A stretch of DNA of 64,000 bases, taken from assembly GCF_001194135.2 (NCBI RefSeq), contig NC_068989.1, forward strand, positions 58,695,638 to 58,759,637, written 5' to 3'. The notes under the pieces were generated by a model. The model was not told where the DNA came from. It saw only the letters and a list, made by a program, of their open reading frames with translations, and did not search any database. Shown in pieces: positions 1 to 13,180 of this stretch (position 1 is the first letter of the stretch; each line of letters begins with the position of its first letter). Source of the stretch: Octopus bimaculoides (taxonomy: Eukaryota). The translations under genes were made by a program, and so were the position numbers.

Positions 1-84
1 CAATATACATTATGATAGCTGTCCACTTGCGACTGATAAAGACCATCGCTGACTATTAAGAACATTGTGCATACACAGAAAATT

Positions 85-463
85 TATACTTTACTCTTAT
101 GGCTCCGCTGGTAACTAATGAGCCTAGCTCTTGATAAATATACATGTCCGCAGATATTGCAGACCGAGCGTCTCCCATTCACTGCACTGGTAGAGTGTTT
201 TCGAACAGCTCTCTTAAACTCAGCATAAAAAAAGCATTTTTTTCCCCCGAAAATACCTGCTCGTTTCGATATCTGTTTCCTCCGTCGATGGTGACGACAT
301 GCATTCCTTTTCTAGATGATTTCACTTATTTCACATGCTTTCAATGAGGACTTTACACAATCCATAAATCGTAGTCTTGGTTTCCGTTGGGGGTTGGTGA
401 TGGGGTCGCCTTCTACAAACAAGTTCGTTAATAGCATCTGCTTGAAAATCCTCCGATCATTCA
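85..463 (-). mobile_element. RTE-clade LINE, decayed 3' end of ORF (post-RT region plus one C2H2 finger)
   Basis: Minus-strand translation MNDRRIFKQMLL...RKPRLRFMDCVKSSLKACEI...*KRNACRHHRRR...EFKRAVRK...CNICGHVYLSRARLISYQRSH matches the RTE C-terminal pattern M.D.RIPKQLL..PR.RFKD.LK.SLK.C.I..W..A.DR..WR..KRA.RK..C..CGR.C.SR.GL.SH.R.H; finger at 99-161. Confidence 0.75.
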
Positions 464-477
464 CTTACCTACCTACC

Positions 478-478
<1 letters not shown>

Positions 479-526
<48 letters not shown>

Positions 527-770
527 NNNNNNNNNNNNNNNNNNNNNNNNNNNNNNNNNNNNNNNNNNNNNNNNNNNNNNNNNNNNNNNNNNNNNNNNNN
601 NNNNNNNNNNNNNNNNNNNNNNNNNNNNNNNNNNNNNNNNNNNNNNNNNNNNNNNNNNNNNNNNNNNNNNNNNNNNNNNNNNNNNNNNNNNNNNNNNNNN
701 NNNNNNNNNNNNNNNNNNNNNNNNNNNNNNNNNNNNNNNNNNNNNNNNNNNNNNNNNNNNNNNNNNNNNN

Positions 771-808
<38 letters not shown>
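479..808. repeat. (CT)n and (AT)n microsatellites flanking an assembly gap (N 527-770)
   Basis: Direct reading. Confidence 0.95.
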
Positions 809-811
<3 letters not shown>

Positions 812-1084
812 CCCACCACACACAAATATATATACCTTCGTATATGCACGCACACATGTACATACACATGTGTAAGAGTAGTGAAAATCTAAAGTTCAAG
901 CAGTTAAATATTAAGCTCGAAGCAGCTCCTTGCAAATCCAATGCAAGCATTCGGACATACATCCAACGGTCAGATATAACTTTTCGAGTTATAATATATC
1001 TGGATGTTATCTGTCACTAAAACAAGCTTTTGGCGGAAGGGCAAAATTGGAACTTGATAACTATTTTATGTGGATCCAGCAGTT

Positions 1085-1274
1085 TCATGTGGATGAGATT
1101 AGTTGATGCTACAGACCTCAATTCCTGACTGGTACTTTATTTCATCGACCCAAAAGGATGAAAGGCAAAGTTAGTCTCAGCGATATTTGAAACATGAATA
1201 TATTGAACCGGAAGAACTGCTGCATGGTATATGTTGTCCGTTAATCTAATGATTCTGTCAGTTCGCTGCCTTAA
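1085..1274 (-). mobile_element. SINE family A, degenerate copy
   Basis: Reverse complement of the A motifs ggtactttatttcatcgacccaaaaggatgaaaggcaaag and ctaatgattctgtcagttcgctgcctta. Confidence 0.7.
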
Positions 1275-2369
1275 TCCAATTTTATAGTCAATATCAATTA
1301 ATAAGGAGAAAAGCTAATACAAAATATTCTATAACATCAATAAAGGAATTGGTGTAGTTTTGTCCCTGATCCACGCTTATCGAAAGCATACCGGGCATGA
1401 CCATCGTGACATTTTATACATAAAGGAGTATATTTTATCCGTTGAAAGAATCTGGCTGCTGTTTCTAGCATGTCAACTCTCATTGGCTTTTTTAATGAAA
1501 TGTTTTCATCAGCAGCCAGGTTAGAAATAAAACTTCAATTATAGTAAAGTATAAGTCAACGGCACTTTTAATGTAACATAGCAACAACTAGTAACTGAAA
1601 ACTGTGCCATTCTTACCATGCCTGTTAATAGGATATATTCCGAGTGAGAATAGCCAGAGGAAGAGAAGTGGGTTACTACAACTGAGCCCTAATGACAGAA
1701 TATCTGACAGAATACTACTGAGACCAATGAAGAAGAAAAAAAAAAAGAAGAACCAAAAGAAAAAGATTTAATAAATCTGATTATGGCTCCGAGTTTACAG
1801 CTGAACTGCTTTTTTCTTCTTCAAATCTATGATCTAATTATAGTAACGTAATTGCTAACACTTTCGTATGCATAGACTCAGATACATTATTGTATGTGTG
1901 AGTGTGTTTGTATTTGTGCTCGCATGTGTGTAATGTGTGTATATGTACATGATACAAGAATATATGACACACACACACGTACACAGGTTTATCATATATT
2001 GAGTACTATTAATTTTGTGCGTAGCATAGAATTGCCGAGCAAACACAAAACTTTTAATCATATATGAGTATATGTATGCGGATATGCATGTGTGTGAGTG
2101 TCTGTGGGTTTGTATATAAGTAGTGGTACGCGTTGTTAATATTTCTGTAGACGAAGATTTGGTTTGTTTATTTTTATGGGCTCGAGTAAACTGAAATGAA
2201 AGACTAGCAAGAATTCAGCAAATATTCCATTACGGAAGACTTATAACAATCATAACCTTGAACTAGATTCGAAAAGAAATCCAAATTGTTGTGAGACAAA
2301 CTTCATTCCTTCTACATGTCAAAGGTAATAGGAGACAGAAACTACCAAATCACAGCCCCTAGCACATGT

Positions 2370-2690
2370 AGCAGCAACAGCCACTATAGAGATAACAACA
2401 GCAACATCAAGTAGGTTAGGAAAGAAAATTAGAACAACAAACACATTTACTCCGGCTAATGTTGCAGTTGATTGTGTCGCTGTTGTTGCTGCTTATTCTA
2501 ATATTTTGGTTTTTCGCTATAGTAGGTATTGCAGCTATTGTTTCTGCAGCGGTTGCTGTTTTTGGCTGTTCCTTCTGTTTTTGCCTGTTACTGTTGCTGT
2601 GGACGTTGCTAGTGAAGACGCTGTTGTATAACTGATATAGCTATGACTACCGTTATCACCACTGCTGTACTGTTATTATCATTATTACTT
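2370..2690. repeat. Degenerate (CAA/CAG)n then (GTT/GCT)n low-complexity tract
   Basis: Direct reading; no sustained ORF. Confidence 0.7.
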
Positions 2691-4336
2691 TAGTCATCCA
2701 GAATAGAATTCATGAGTTTTAGCCTTTAAATAAATCAATCTGGAGAAAATCGTACTAGACAAAAATGTTAAATCGTTTAGGAACAATGAAGACAATAAAA
2801 TGTACACCAATGTTAAAGAGAAAGTGTTGAATCGTTCGGGCTGGGCAAAAATACTTATCTTTTTTTTTTTATAAGCAAGGAAATAGTATATTGTGATATT
2901 AATGTATTTCCCTAATAGTTATTTACATATCTAAGCCATATTTATTTATGCAGAAAAAGTAAAATATGTAAAGGAGATCTTAAAATTTTAAACAGTCTAA
3001 TAGTCTAATTCTTTACAAAGCTACATTACTATTCTGCAGCGAATCTCTTCATGTATTTACAGTAGCTCAACAAAAGCTTTTATGCTGAAGTAGACTTAAT
3101 TTAAAACGTTTTTCTTTTGACCTTGGTGATCATTGTTTCTTTTCGTCGCATATGCAAACCGACAAGAATGTATTTTAATTAAGTTTATTGTACATTATAG
3201 ATCCATATTCATTATACATCATTTTTATTTATTTATTAAAATAAATAGATAAAGTTAAATATTTTTCTAAGATAATTTAAAACAGAATCACGAAGTTAAT
3301 TGGAGTTCTGCTAATAACCAAATGAATTCTTAGGAATTGAAGAGAAATTAAATATTCCTCATTCTAAAGTGAATCAAAAATATGAATAGCATTTTCAAAC
3401 GCATTATATATAAAGAAAGCTAGAAAAACTTTCCTCATTGAGTTATGTAAACATATCTTACCAAAAGACAGTTTATAGACTTAGACAACTCTTAAATGTT
3501 AGTCAAACTGAAATGATTTCCAGTTGTGTGTATTTGTAAAAATTCTTCCGTTTCTAAAATAAAATCTCACTTTAAAAATGTAATTTTAAAGCACACAGCA
3601 AGTATTGAACTTGTAAATCTTACTCATACTTGTGACATCTGACAATGTTGTATGAAATATACTATTTGATTATATTTGAGATAAGATCTAAATTTATCGC
3701 TTTGCCTTCAATGTATAGCTGAATGCTTCTCACATAGCTTAACCTCACGTATTTAATTTTTTTCCATAATCATAACTAACATAAGCCATATGAGAAACTT
3801 TCATTGTTCTTTTGTTATCAAATAACTATTTCGCATTTATTCTTGGTTTATCTTAAGATATTTTTTTTCAGTTTTAGCTACACCATGTCATTCCAAGATT
3901 TGCAGTCAATAAAGAAAGGGTGTGTCCATATTTCTGAAGGTTCTTATCCGCGAAACAAAAATACCGCAGCAGCTGATGGAATTGTTAGATATGACTTTAA
4001 AACGGAATATAAAATAAATATAAAAAGATAAAGTAAGTCATAAATATCCGTAATGAAATTTCAGCTATGACATTAGATTTTGGAAAGAGATATTATACGG
4101 TAAGTAGGAAATTAAGTGTTTTGAGTATTTCCACATCGAACCAGCCAGAATGTGTCCTAGAGACGTCAATGATAAGTCAATTTAGAAACAAAAAACCTCA
4201 ATAGTAAGGTTTGAGAGGGTTGAAACGTTGGGTGGAATGCTTTATTTAAAAACGTTATTATTCTAATTCATAGCATTCATAGCCCGCTGTTCACAGTAGG
4301 AAAATCTACGCCCTGGACAGAAACAGAAATATAAAG

Positions 4337-4337
<1 letters not shown>

Positions 4338-4384
<47 letters not shown>
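4338..4384. repeat. (CA)n microsatellite
   Basis: Direct reading. Confidence 0.95.
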
Positions 4385-4386
<2 letters not shown>

Positions 4387-5477
4387 AGACGCACACACAA
4401 ACATCGTTTGTTATATTCATGTGTTATTATTGTGTAACCCCAGGTTAATCGCGATCTGTTAGATCTACGGTACCCAGAGAGGTGATAAAGGAATTTGGTG
4501 TGTTCCCTACATACAGTGCTCCAGACGCACCATATATCAATGTAGAACCATACTGTGATCTCAGATGTGCCATGTGTCAATCTGGGAATTTTGCTGTTTT
4601 CCTCTATCCAATTACTCCATGTATGTTCTATTAATAATTATAATCGAAGTGGATAAACTTAGGCGTCCACAGTTGCTGTCCTTCACAACTCACCAATTGT
4701 AGTGTACATTGCAGCACAGCGTTTGGAGTTAATGAATAAGATTATTAATGGCAGTGGTATTTCTCTAGGTGTCTGTATTTGAGAGCACCTGTCACCTGAA
4801 ATATTACTTCAGTTAACATTTAATCTATTTAGGTAACCAATCAGCGCAACAGTTAAGAATCACGTGGATTACACTGTTGATTCGCTTGCTGCAATACTTT
4901 CAGCTTCCTTAATATCTCGAGTGAAATTACAGTATAAATTAATTTAAGAGAATAAAATAACGACAGTGGTTATAAATGTTGAACTGTTTCAAGGTTGAAG
5001 TTAGGGTTAGGATATGAGCTGATGTTAATTAAAGCAGAAACATTTTGGAACTTTTAGAATTTTTGAATTAAGCATGTCTACATAGTTGTACTAATGTTTC
5101 CATGTTAGCAGACCATTTTGTGACAGGCATATCGAGTGATATTTATGAATTTCAGCTTAGAGTTTATAATATAAATGAATTTTTATTTTCTCTGGTCACA
5201 TTGTTTCATATCACATGATGTGAAATACTTTGCGCTGCATTACGTGTTGTTGGTATCATTGTTGTTTCTTACATTAAGATAAAACATTTACAACTTATAA
5301 CATAGAGATATCACTCGTCAGTTAATATGTTGCAAATGTGCTATCCAATATCCTGATGTAGTTACTCTCCAAACAAAGCAACAAAACGTTAAGATGATGT
5401 ATCTGAGGAGGGTTTCTGATGCTAATACGAAGCCTTCTGCCAAAGATAGTGAAGTTGCGAGGTCGGCCAAGCAGACA

Positions 5478-5541
5478 TTTTTTTTTTTTTTTTTTTTTAA
5501 GTTTCAGCTTAGAGCTGCGGCCATGCTGATGCACCACCGTG
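5478..5541 (-). mobile_element. Extreme 3' tail of a retroposon (same tail as SINE family B) with poly(A)
   Basis: Minus strand reads cacggtggtgcatcagcatggccgcagctctaagctgaaactt followed by A21; compare family B tail ggcggtgctccagcatggccacag...tgactgaaac. Confidence 0.7.
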
Positions 5542-8500
5542 TATTTCTCCATAATATTCTTTTTTTGCAATAAGATTTAGTTTCATGCCTAATCAAAAAC
5601 AGTCAATATTATTCATTTTAGCGTTTGACCACCTTGAGATCAAATCTAACTATTTTCAGATCATCGTATGATGTCTGTGTAATAACACATACTGTTTCAA
5701 ACTGACTGAAACACATTTGGTGCCTTATTTAAGCATAATCATTGCGAATTTAATGTTTTGGATAAAAAAAAAATTTGATCATACTATTTTAGGTAAAATT
5801 TAAGAAAGATGTGTTGGAAGATATGCAGTGGTAGTGGAAACTTTGAACGGCGATAAAACAAACATTTTCGACATCATACATTTAAAAAATTGCATTGTAG
5901 GATAGCTTTTTGGCGATCACAATTTCTCCGCTGAATATTTCTAGCATAAGAATTTCAAATATCGTTTTTAGAATAACAAAACTATAATTCATCTCAAAGA
6001 TTTTCTGATTAAAAAAAAGTTGTTGGAAGGGTAAAGTATCTTACATGTTTATGTCTAATTGAATCCTTCTGGGAGTTGTGTACAATTTTAAGAGCTTTTT
6101 TTTATCCATGGGAGATTTGTTTTTACAGATAAGAACTTATTTTGGTTAAATGAAATTAAACTGAGATATGGAAGAAAAATATAGCATAATCAATGACATA
6201 TGGAGGAAAACCATTGCTATATAAAACTGAAGTGCTGGGAATAAGGTAGGGGTGCATATAGTTACTTTATGATATGCCAACTTACACTGGAGGGTATTGT
6301 GTGGGTATTATAAATTTGGAAAACAACTAAGTAAATAAAAAAAGACATGCGTAGGTAACATAGCCACACAGCAATAATAATAGAAAACAGTACATTTAAT
6401 CGATGTTGAAAAACGTATCTGGAAATAGAGTATAGTATACATTGTTAAAAATAAAAAGTAGTCGTATAAATACTTATAGACGAGCAGAAACGTTATGACA
6501 TTTGTATTGTATCTTATTTATTTTATTTTGTCATTAGACGAGCTTTTGATAAAGTCAGTAGAGTATAAAATATATTTTTATAGGTGAACACCATTGGATT
6601 TTTGTGTCTATCAAAAATTTAAAAAAATAGTATTCAAAGAAAATAAAGAAAAAGAACTTTGAGAGCAAAGTCTTACTGTATCATATAATTTCGGATGAGA
6701 ACATTTTAACCCTTTTCTATTCAAATGTTACTATTCCACGATTAATTTTCGGTTTATTTTCAGAGGAAGTCAGTCTTTCGTCTTCTTGATCAATTAATTT
6801 CTGAAAAGACAATTTAAATACAAGATTTGAAACTTGCCTGAGTCTATCCAGCGGACGTGTACGGGTTATTAATTCCCAGATGGATCAAACGATACTAAAG
6901 CCACTTGACAATCAGTAGTTGAAATCTTTGCAATTCTTTAATCAAGAACTTCTCTTTTCACATTTTCTCTTTTTTTTTTCTATTTTATTTATGTTAGTTT
7001 CACATACACAGTTTATGTTATACTTAAACAGGAGTATAAAGAATACTTCAGTAATTGCCTAGCAGTATTTTTACCTCTCGATTTTGAGTTCATTTCGTCT
7101 TTTATTGTACACGAACTGATAAAATAGTACCAGTAGTGTACAGGAGTAATCTTGACTACCCTTTTCTCGTTTAAGATATCTGGTCAAATATATCACATTC
7201 TTATATTAATAAGGAACTGGAATATTAATGTATTAGTCAAAATTCCTTGGGCGATATTTAGTTTCTGATTTCAAATTCCATACTTGTCTGTGCCTAAGGT
7301 ACCGGTAAAGTGAAATGACAAAAATGAAAGCACCGGAACAAATATGGTCGTGTTAGCTTCATCGTTTACTTCTCCGTGATCAATGAAATAAGTACAAGTC
7401 ATTGGAGTTTATTCAATATTCTATACTTGTGTCGCACACACTTTGGACTTGAGCCGTAAATTCTTCTCAACTAACAACTTCAGTTTGGTATTTATCATTT
7501 ATCTTTGTATCATTACAACTATATAAGCAACTGATATTGCAATAGATATTAATAGATATTATAATTTGATATAATATGAGGAAAATGCTCCATAGATTAA
7601 AAATAAAAAGCCTTCTTTTGGCACTATATGCTATATATTTCTTCATTAGAAGGGAGACACATTCATGAATGCAATAGTTTGGTCAACAGAATGAATGCTT
7701 CATATGAAATTAAAATGCCTCTAACTATTGTTGGTTCGAGTCGCTGAGTGTTTATACCCCACTCTACGTCTTCCGCCACACTACAGAGGAATTTAGACAT
7801 GTATATATATAAAAGAATCAATATAGAATAGGTACAAATTTAATGCATCATTCGCATAGAGAAAATTTGTCACTACTTCGTCTATCCATACTCACTACTT
7901 CGTCTATTCATAATTATTTTACAGTTTTTCATAGAAAAGAATGAACTCAATATGTGATATATTTTATATTTATTTTATAGCACATTCTTCCAGATTCATG
8001 AATATATTGTACAGATCTATAACTTGAGACAACTCATATGGAACAAATTTGTCTTCACCAATCTCTTCTTCCTCTGAAGTCCTAGACTAATGTATTCATT
8101 CCGCGAAAATTTTTTCTTAAAATAATACCTGATATTACTTTTGAAGCGCAAAACCTTATAAGCCTCGCGTTTTTAGAGATAATATGACAAAGTTGTTTTA
8201 ATTTCCTGCCAATTCTAATGGCAGTTTAACTTGCAAAGTTCACTTCCTCAGAAGCATCGAAAGTTGTGATTTCCGTCCTAACAGATGAAATTTTTAGATA
8301 ATATACCCACACCATTTTAGCACACACACGCGCACACACATGCACGCACACACATACATACACGTGTGCACGCTCAGAGAGAAATTCGAATAGGATATAT
8401 TAGGATATTCACACACGTACAATAATTAGGGACAGGCAGACAGACAGAATGTTTTATGCATATTTTCAGCCAAATATTCTCACTCTCAGAAATTGAAATG

Positions 8501-8890
8501 GTTTAGAAACCATCTCATATAAGCTCCTTATTTAGAATGCCATTTATATTTATCAACATGAATTAATGCTATCGTGGGTAGATTCAAGAGTTATGTGTGT
8601 GCGTGAGTGTGTTATGCATGTATGTATGTATTTATATATATATATGTGTGTGTGTGTCAGTGTATTATGCATGTATGTATGTATGTATGCATTTATATAT
8701 GTATGTGTGTGTGCGTGTGTGTGTATTTATCTCCCTCACTGACTATTCTTCATTCTCGCTCTTGCTACGTTTTTCTCTTTTTTGGTGATGAAAGACAAAC
8801 GTTCGAAATTTTCAGTCAATTTCTTTTTGTTATTAAAACGTTAAGCTAATATTGCTGTTTTTATATTTTCCATTTTATTCACACCATGAT

Positions 8891-9196
8891 GGTGCGTGAC
8901 GTAGTAGTTTGGGTATTCGGCTCACGGTCGTAAGGTCGTGAATTCAATTTCCGGCGTGAGGTCGTGAGTTCAATTTCTGGAGTTCAATATCCGTTGCTCT
9001 AGTCATTTCGGCTGCCAAAAAGGAGTAGTATCTGTATTTCAAAGGAGCCGGCCGTGTCTATATTCTGTGTCACGCGGACTTCCCTCCAGAACTACGTTAA
9101 GGGTACACGTGTCTGTGGAGTACTCAGGCTCTTCCATTGATCTGATCAACTGGAACCCTCATCGTCGTAACCGACGGAGTGCCAGTAAAAAAAAAC
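8891..9196 (+). mobile_element. SINE family C, older copy with triplicated B-box region
   Basis: tRNA-like head; 3' body aactacgttaagggtacacgtgtctgtggagt...ggaaccctcatcgtcgtaaccgacggagtgcca shared with the 11033 copy; A-tail. Confidence 0.75.
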
Positions 9197-9249
9197 ACCA
9201 TATTCGTAGGGTATATCTATCTATCTATCTATCTATCTATCTGTGTATT

Positions 9250-9455
9250 GCAGAATCGTTAGAGCATCAGATAAAATGCCTTGCAGTATTTCTTCAGACA
9301 CTTTAACATTCTGAGTAAAGATCCGGACAAGGTCAGCTTTGTCATTCATCATTCATCCTTCCGGGGTCGATGAAATAAAGCGCCAGTCAGGTATAACTGT
9401 TGCAATGCTTCGACTAACCCCTCTCCTGAATTTCAAGCTTTGTGCCTATATTTCA
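9250..9455 (+). mobile_element. SINE family A, degenerate copy
   Basis: gcagaatcgttag head, catccttccggggtcgatgaaataa core, gctttgtgcct tail. Confidence 0.65.
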
Positions 9456-9558
9456 GATTAATATTATCTCTTTTTTTTTTTAATAAACTACTAATACGAA
9501 TTATACATATACTGATATTCATATATAAATTATGGCAGATATGACGAGGATAATACAC

Positions 9559-9597
<39 letters not shown>

Positions 9598-9829
9598 AGA
9601 AAAACAGTTATGTGCAACCGCGAAACCAACGACTCATCAACTCAAGTTATTATTGAATCTATATTCCATTGACTGTAAATAGAAATCTGTAGTATTCTCG
9701 GAAATCACCGCCATAGTGTCATTTATAAACATCATAACAAATATTGCTTTCATTAATGGAATTTGTGATCCGGTTGTGATTGCTGATTCGACCAACTTCG
9801 CTTTTGGTTGCGCTCTTAATATATTTTAA

Positions 9830-10572
9830 GGCGAAGGCGGCGAGCTGGTAGAAACGTTAACACGCCGGGCGAAATGCTTAGCGGTATTTCGTCTGCCACT
9901 GCGTTCTGAGTTCAAATTCCGCCGAGGTCGGCTTTACCTTTTATCCTTTCGGGGTCGATAAATTAAGTACCAGTTACGCACTGGGGTCGATATAATCAAC
10001 TTAATTCGTTTGTCTGTCCTTGTTTGTCCCGTCTGTGTGTAGCCCCTTGTGGACAGTAAAGAAATAGGTATTTCGGCTGACGGTACGTTCTGAGTTCAAA
10101 TTCCGCCGAGGTCGGCTTTACCTTTTATCCTTTCGGGGTCGATAAATTAAGTACCAGTTACGCACTGGTGTCGATGTAATCGACTTAATCCCTTTGTCTG
10201 TCTTTGTTTGTCCACTCTATGTTTAGCCCCTTGTGGGCAATAAAGAAATAGGAAACGTTAGTATGCCGGTATTTCGCCTGATTTTACGTTCTGGTTTCAA
10301 ATTCCACTGAGGTCAACTTTGTTTTTTAACCTTTCGGGGTTGATAAATTAAGTACCAGTTGCGTACTGAGGTCGATCTAATCGATTGGGCCTCTTCCCCA
10401 AAACATTTTGGGCTTTGTGCCTAGAGTAGAAAAGAAAAGAATATATTTTAAGGCGGTGAACTGGCAGAATCGTTAGCCCGCCAGGTAAAATGCTTAGCGG
10501 CATTTCTTCCCTCTCCATGTCGAGGTCGACTTTGCCTTTCATCCTTTCGAGGTCGATAAAATAAATGCCAGG
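9830..10572 (+). mobile_element. Head-to-tail array of four SINE family A units
   Basis: Units about 9830-10066, 10067-10250, 10251-10443 and 10450-10572; each has the cctttcg(g/a)gg(t/tt)cgataaa core, and units 1-3 also retain the B-box-like gttcaaattcc / tttcaaattcc. Confidence 0.85.
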
Positions 10573-11032
10573 ATGAGTACAACGAGGATGACTTGCTGTG
10601 TGACACTGCATGAAAATGACAGAAACCATTAGCATCTAACAATCTAGTATCTCTTTATATCATAAGTTGAAGTAACTGCCTCATCATTTTTCTAGTTTAA
10701 TATATTTCTTATTTGCTTCAAGTTAAGATCAGTTCATAAATTATACACCTTAATTATCTATTAAACTTAATTGTATGATTGCTATAATATTTCTTTAATA
10801 CGCAATTTTTTGCAGATGGTGAGAATGAAGTCTTCTAACTACATATACTCAGAATTGCACAGTTAATTAGTATTGCAGACCTTTAAATTAGGGTACATTT
10901 TCCCTATCTACATGAACTCTGCAATATATATAATTAGAAGTTGCCTTATATTTGTGTATTAATATAAAAACCTTTTTAACAGTTCTAAAAACTGTTAAAG
11001 ACACTTTATTGTAGCTAAAGATATCGAGATGT

Positions 11033-11412
11033 GGAGGCGCGATGGCCCAGTGGTTAGGGCAGCGGACTCGCGGTCATAGGATCGCGGTTTCGATTCCCAG
11101 ACGGGGCGTTGTGAGTGTTTATTGAGCGAAAACACCTAAAAGCTCCACGAGGCTCCGGCAAGGGATGGTGGCGAACCCTGCTGTACTCTTTCACCGCAAC
11201 TTTCACTCACTCTTACTTCCTGTTTCTGTTGTGCCTGTAATTCAAAGGGTCAGCCTTGTCACACTGTGTCACGCTGAATCTCCCCGATAACTACGTTAAG
11301 AGTACACGTGTCTGTGGAGTGCTCAGCCACTTGCACGTTAATTTCACGAGCAGGATGTTCCGTTGATTCGATCAACAGGAACCCTCGACGTCGTAAGGGA
11401 CGGAGTGCCAAC
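11033..11412 (+). mobile_element. Full-length tRNA-derived SINE family C with perfect 15-bp target-site duplication
   Basis: A box tggcccagtgg, B box ggtttcgattccc; TSD aagatatcgagatgt at 11018-11032 and 11413-11427; CpG-rich. Confidence 0.92.
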
Positions 11413-11811
11413 AAGATATCGAGATGTAATACAATATTTGGAGTTAGCAAGTGATTGAGTAAAGATTTGATTTTTCAATAAACGTTCCCTACGCATCTGG
11501 TTTGAAATAGTTTTTTGCAAACATTCCTATATTTTTCGTACAGTCACTTGTGTTATCGTTTTCTTTGAGAGGTCCATACAGTATGGATTACCTTCTTCAG
11601 CATAGTTTGCCGGATCCGTACTTAAGATATTCTCGTGTTTTGAGTTCAAATTCGGTCGAGATTAATTGTTCTTACCATCATTCTATTGTCGATGAAATAC
11701 ATGACATTTGAAAATTGACCGATAATATTTCAATAATGCATCCCTCATTTGACTTAACTTATGATAAAAATTCAAAAAGAACTATTTCAAATATTAATAG
11801 CATATTCTATA

Positions 11812-12029
11812 TTACTGGTTTCAAATTTTTGGCACAAGGCCACTAATTTAGGGGTATGGGGTAAGTCAGTTACATTGACGCCGATATTCAAGTGGTACTT
11901 ATTTTATGGACGAAGGGATGACAAGCAAGGTCGACCTAGGTGGTATTTGAACTCAGTATGTGAAGACGGGCGAAACGTCGCAAAGCATTTTGCTCGGTAT
12001 GCTAACGATTCTACTAGCTTGCCGCGTTA
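11812..12029 (-). mobile_element. SINE family A, full-length copy
   Basis: Reverse complement runs from tail (ggtttcaaatttttggcacaagg) to head (gctaacgattctactagcttgccgc). Confidence 0.8.
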
Positions 12030-12205
12030 CCAAATATATTATTGGCATTTGATTTTTATATTTTTGATATTTATAGAAAAAATATTGAAGTCATGTGATT
12101 GATGTGTCAGAAATACAAGATGAGTGCTTAATTTTCAGAATAAGTACGAGATTTACGATGAAGACCAACACAACGAAGGCAGTGCGGCAATATAGTGGAT
12201 ATAGG

Positions 12206-12430
12206 TAAGGCGGGGAGTTGGCAGAATCGTTAGCACGCCGGGCAAAATGCTTAGCGGTATCTCACTCGTCTTTACGTTCTGAGTTCAAATACCACTGAGG
12301 TCGAGTTTGCCTTACATTCTTTCGAGGTTGATAAAATAAGTACCAGTTGAGCACTAGGGTCAATGTAATCAATTTAACTCCTCCCTCTCCCCGAAATTTC
12401 TAGCTTTGTGCCAAAATTTGAAACCAATAT
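12206..12430 (+). mobile_element. SINE family A, full-length copy
   Basis: taaggcggggagttggcagaatcgttagcacgccggg...gagttcaaatacc...ctttgtgccaaaatttgaaacc. Confidence 0.85.
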
Positions 12431-12954
12431 ACTGGACAGCACTGCGTTATACCTATTATACTCGTGGAATTTATGTTTTCTTATACACGCCTACAAGAAT
12501 TCAGCGTCTCTTTGAAGACATGTGGCATTGTAAATGTGACGTTGCATTTCAGGAAAATGCTCCTGTCAAGTTTTCTCTATATTTCCCCTAGCAAATTATC
12601 TCTGAAATGCGAGAACATCATGGGACCAAAATATAGTAAAATTCATTAGTAGAGGAATTCAAATTGATAATTTACAACTATTGCGAAGCTGGCAAATAAG
12701 CTGCTGGAGAGAAAGTGATCAGATGGAATTACCAATCTGAACGTTTTAGTTGTCATTTATAAAATGCATTATGCTACACTTCCGCAATTAAATTCACTGA
12801 ATTTCCGTTAAAACGCACACAATAAAACGAGATCTGCCAATAAATTCTAATATATTTCCTGTGTGAATAAACAAATGAGTTAATTTAGTCTTCCTCTCAT
12901 TTATTTCTCTTGCCTTCTGATACAACTTACATGTGTGTTCAAACATACATACAT

Positions 12955-12957
<3 letters not shown>

Positions 12958-13031
<74 letters not shown>

Positions 13032-13180
13032 AATATATATGTATATATATATATATGTATAGGTACATACACACACATATACTTATGTGTGTGTATGTGC
13101 GCATGTGTATGCGTGTGGGTATGTGTGTGTGTGTGCGAATGTATGTATATATGTGTATGTATTGTGTGTGTTGTGCATGT
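12958..13180. repeat. Compound (AT)n/(TG)n microsatellite
   Basis: Direct reading. Confidence 0.95.

Noticed and set aside
5600-5890. Possible old mariner 5' fragment (NKHFRH)
   Set aside because: Only one short motif and no identifiable TIR
6720-6810. Minus-strand terminal-exon-like KLIDQEDERLTSSENKPKINRGIVTFE*
   Set aside because: Short, unrecognised, and no supportable upstream exon
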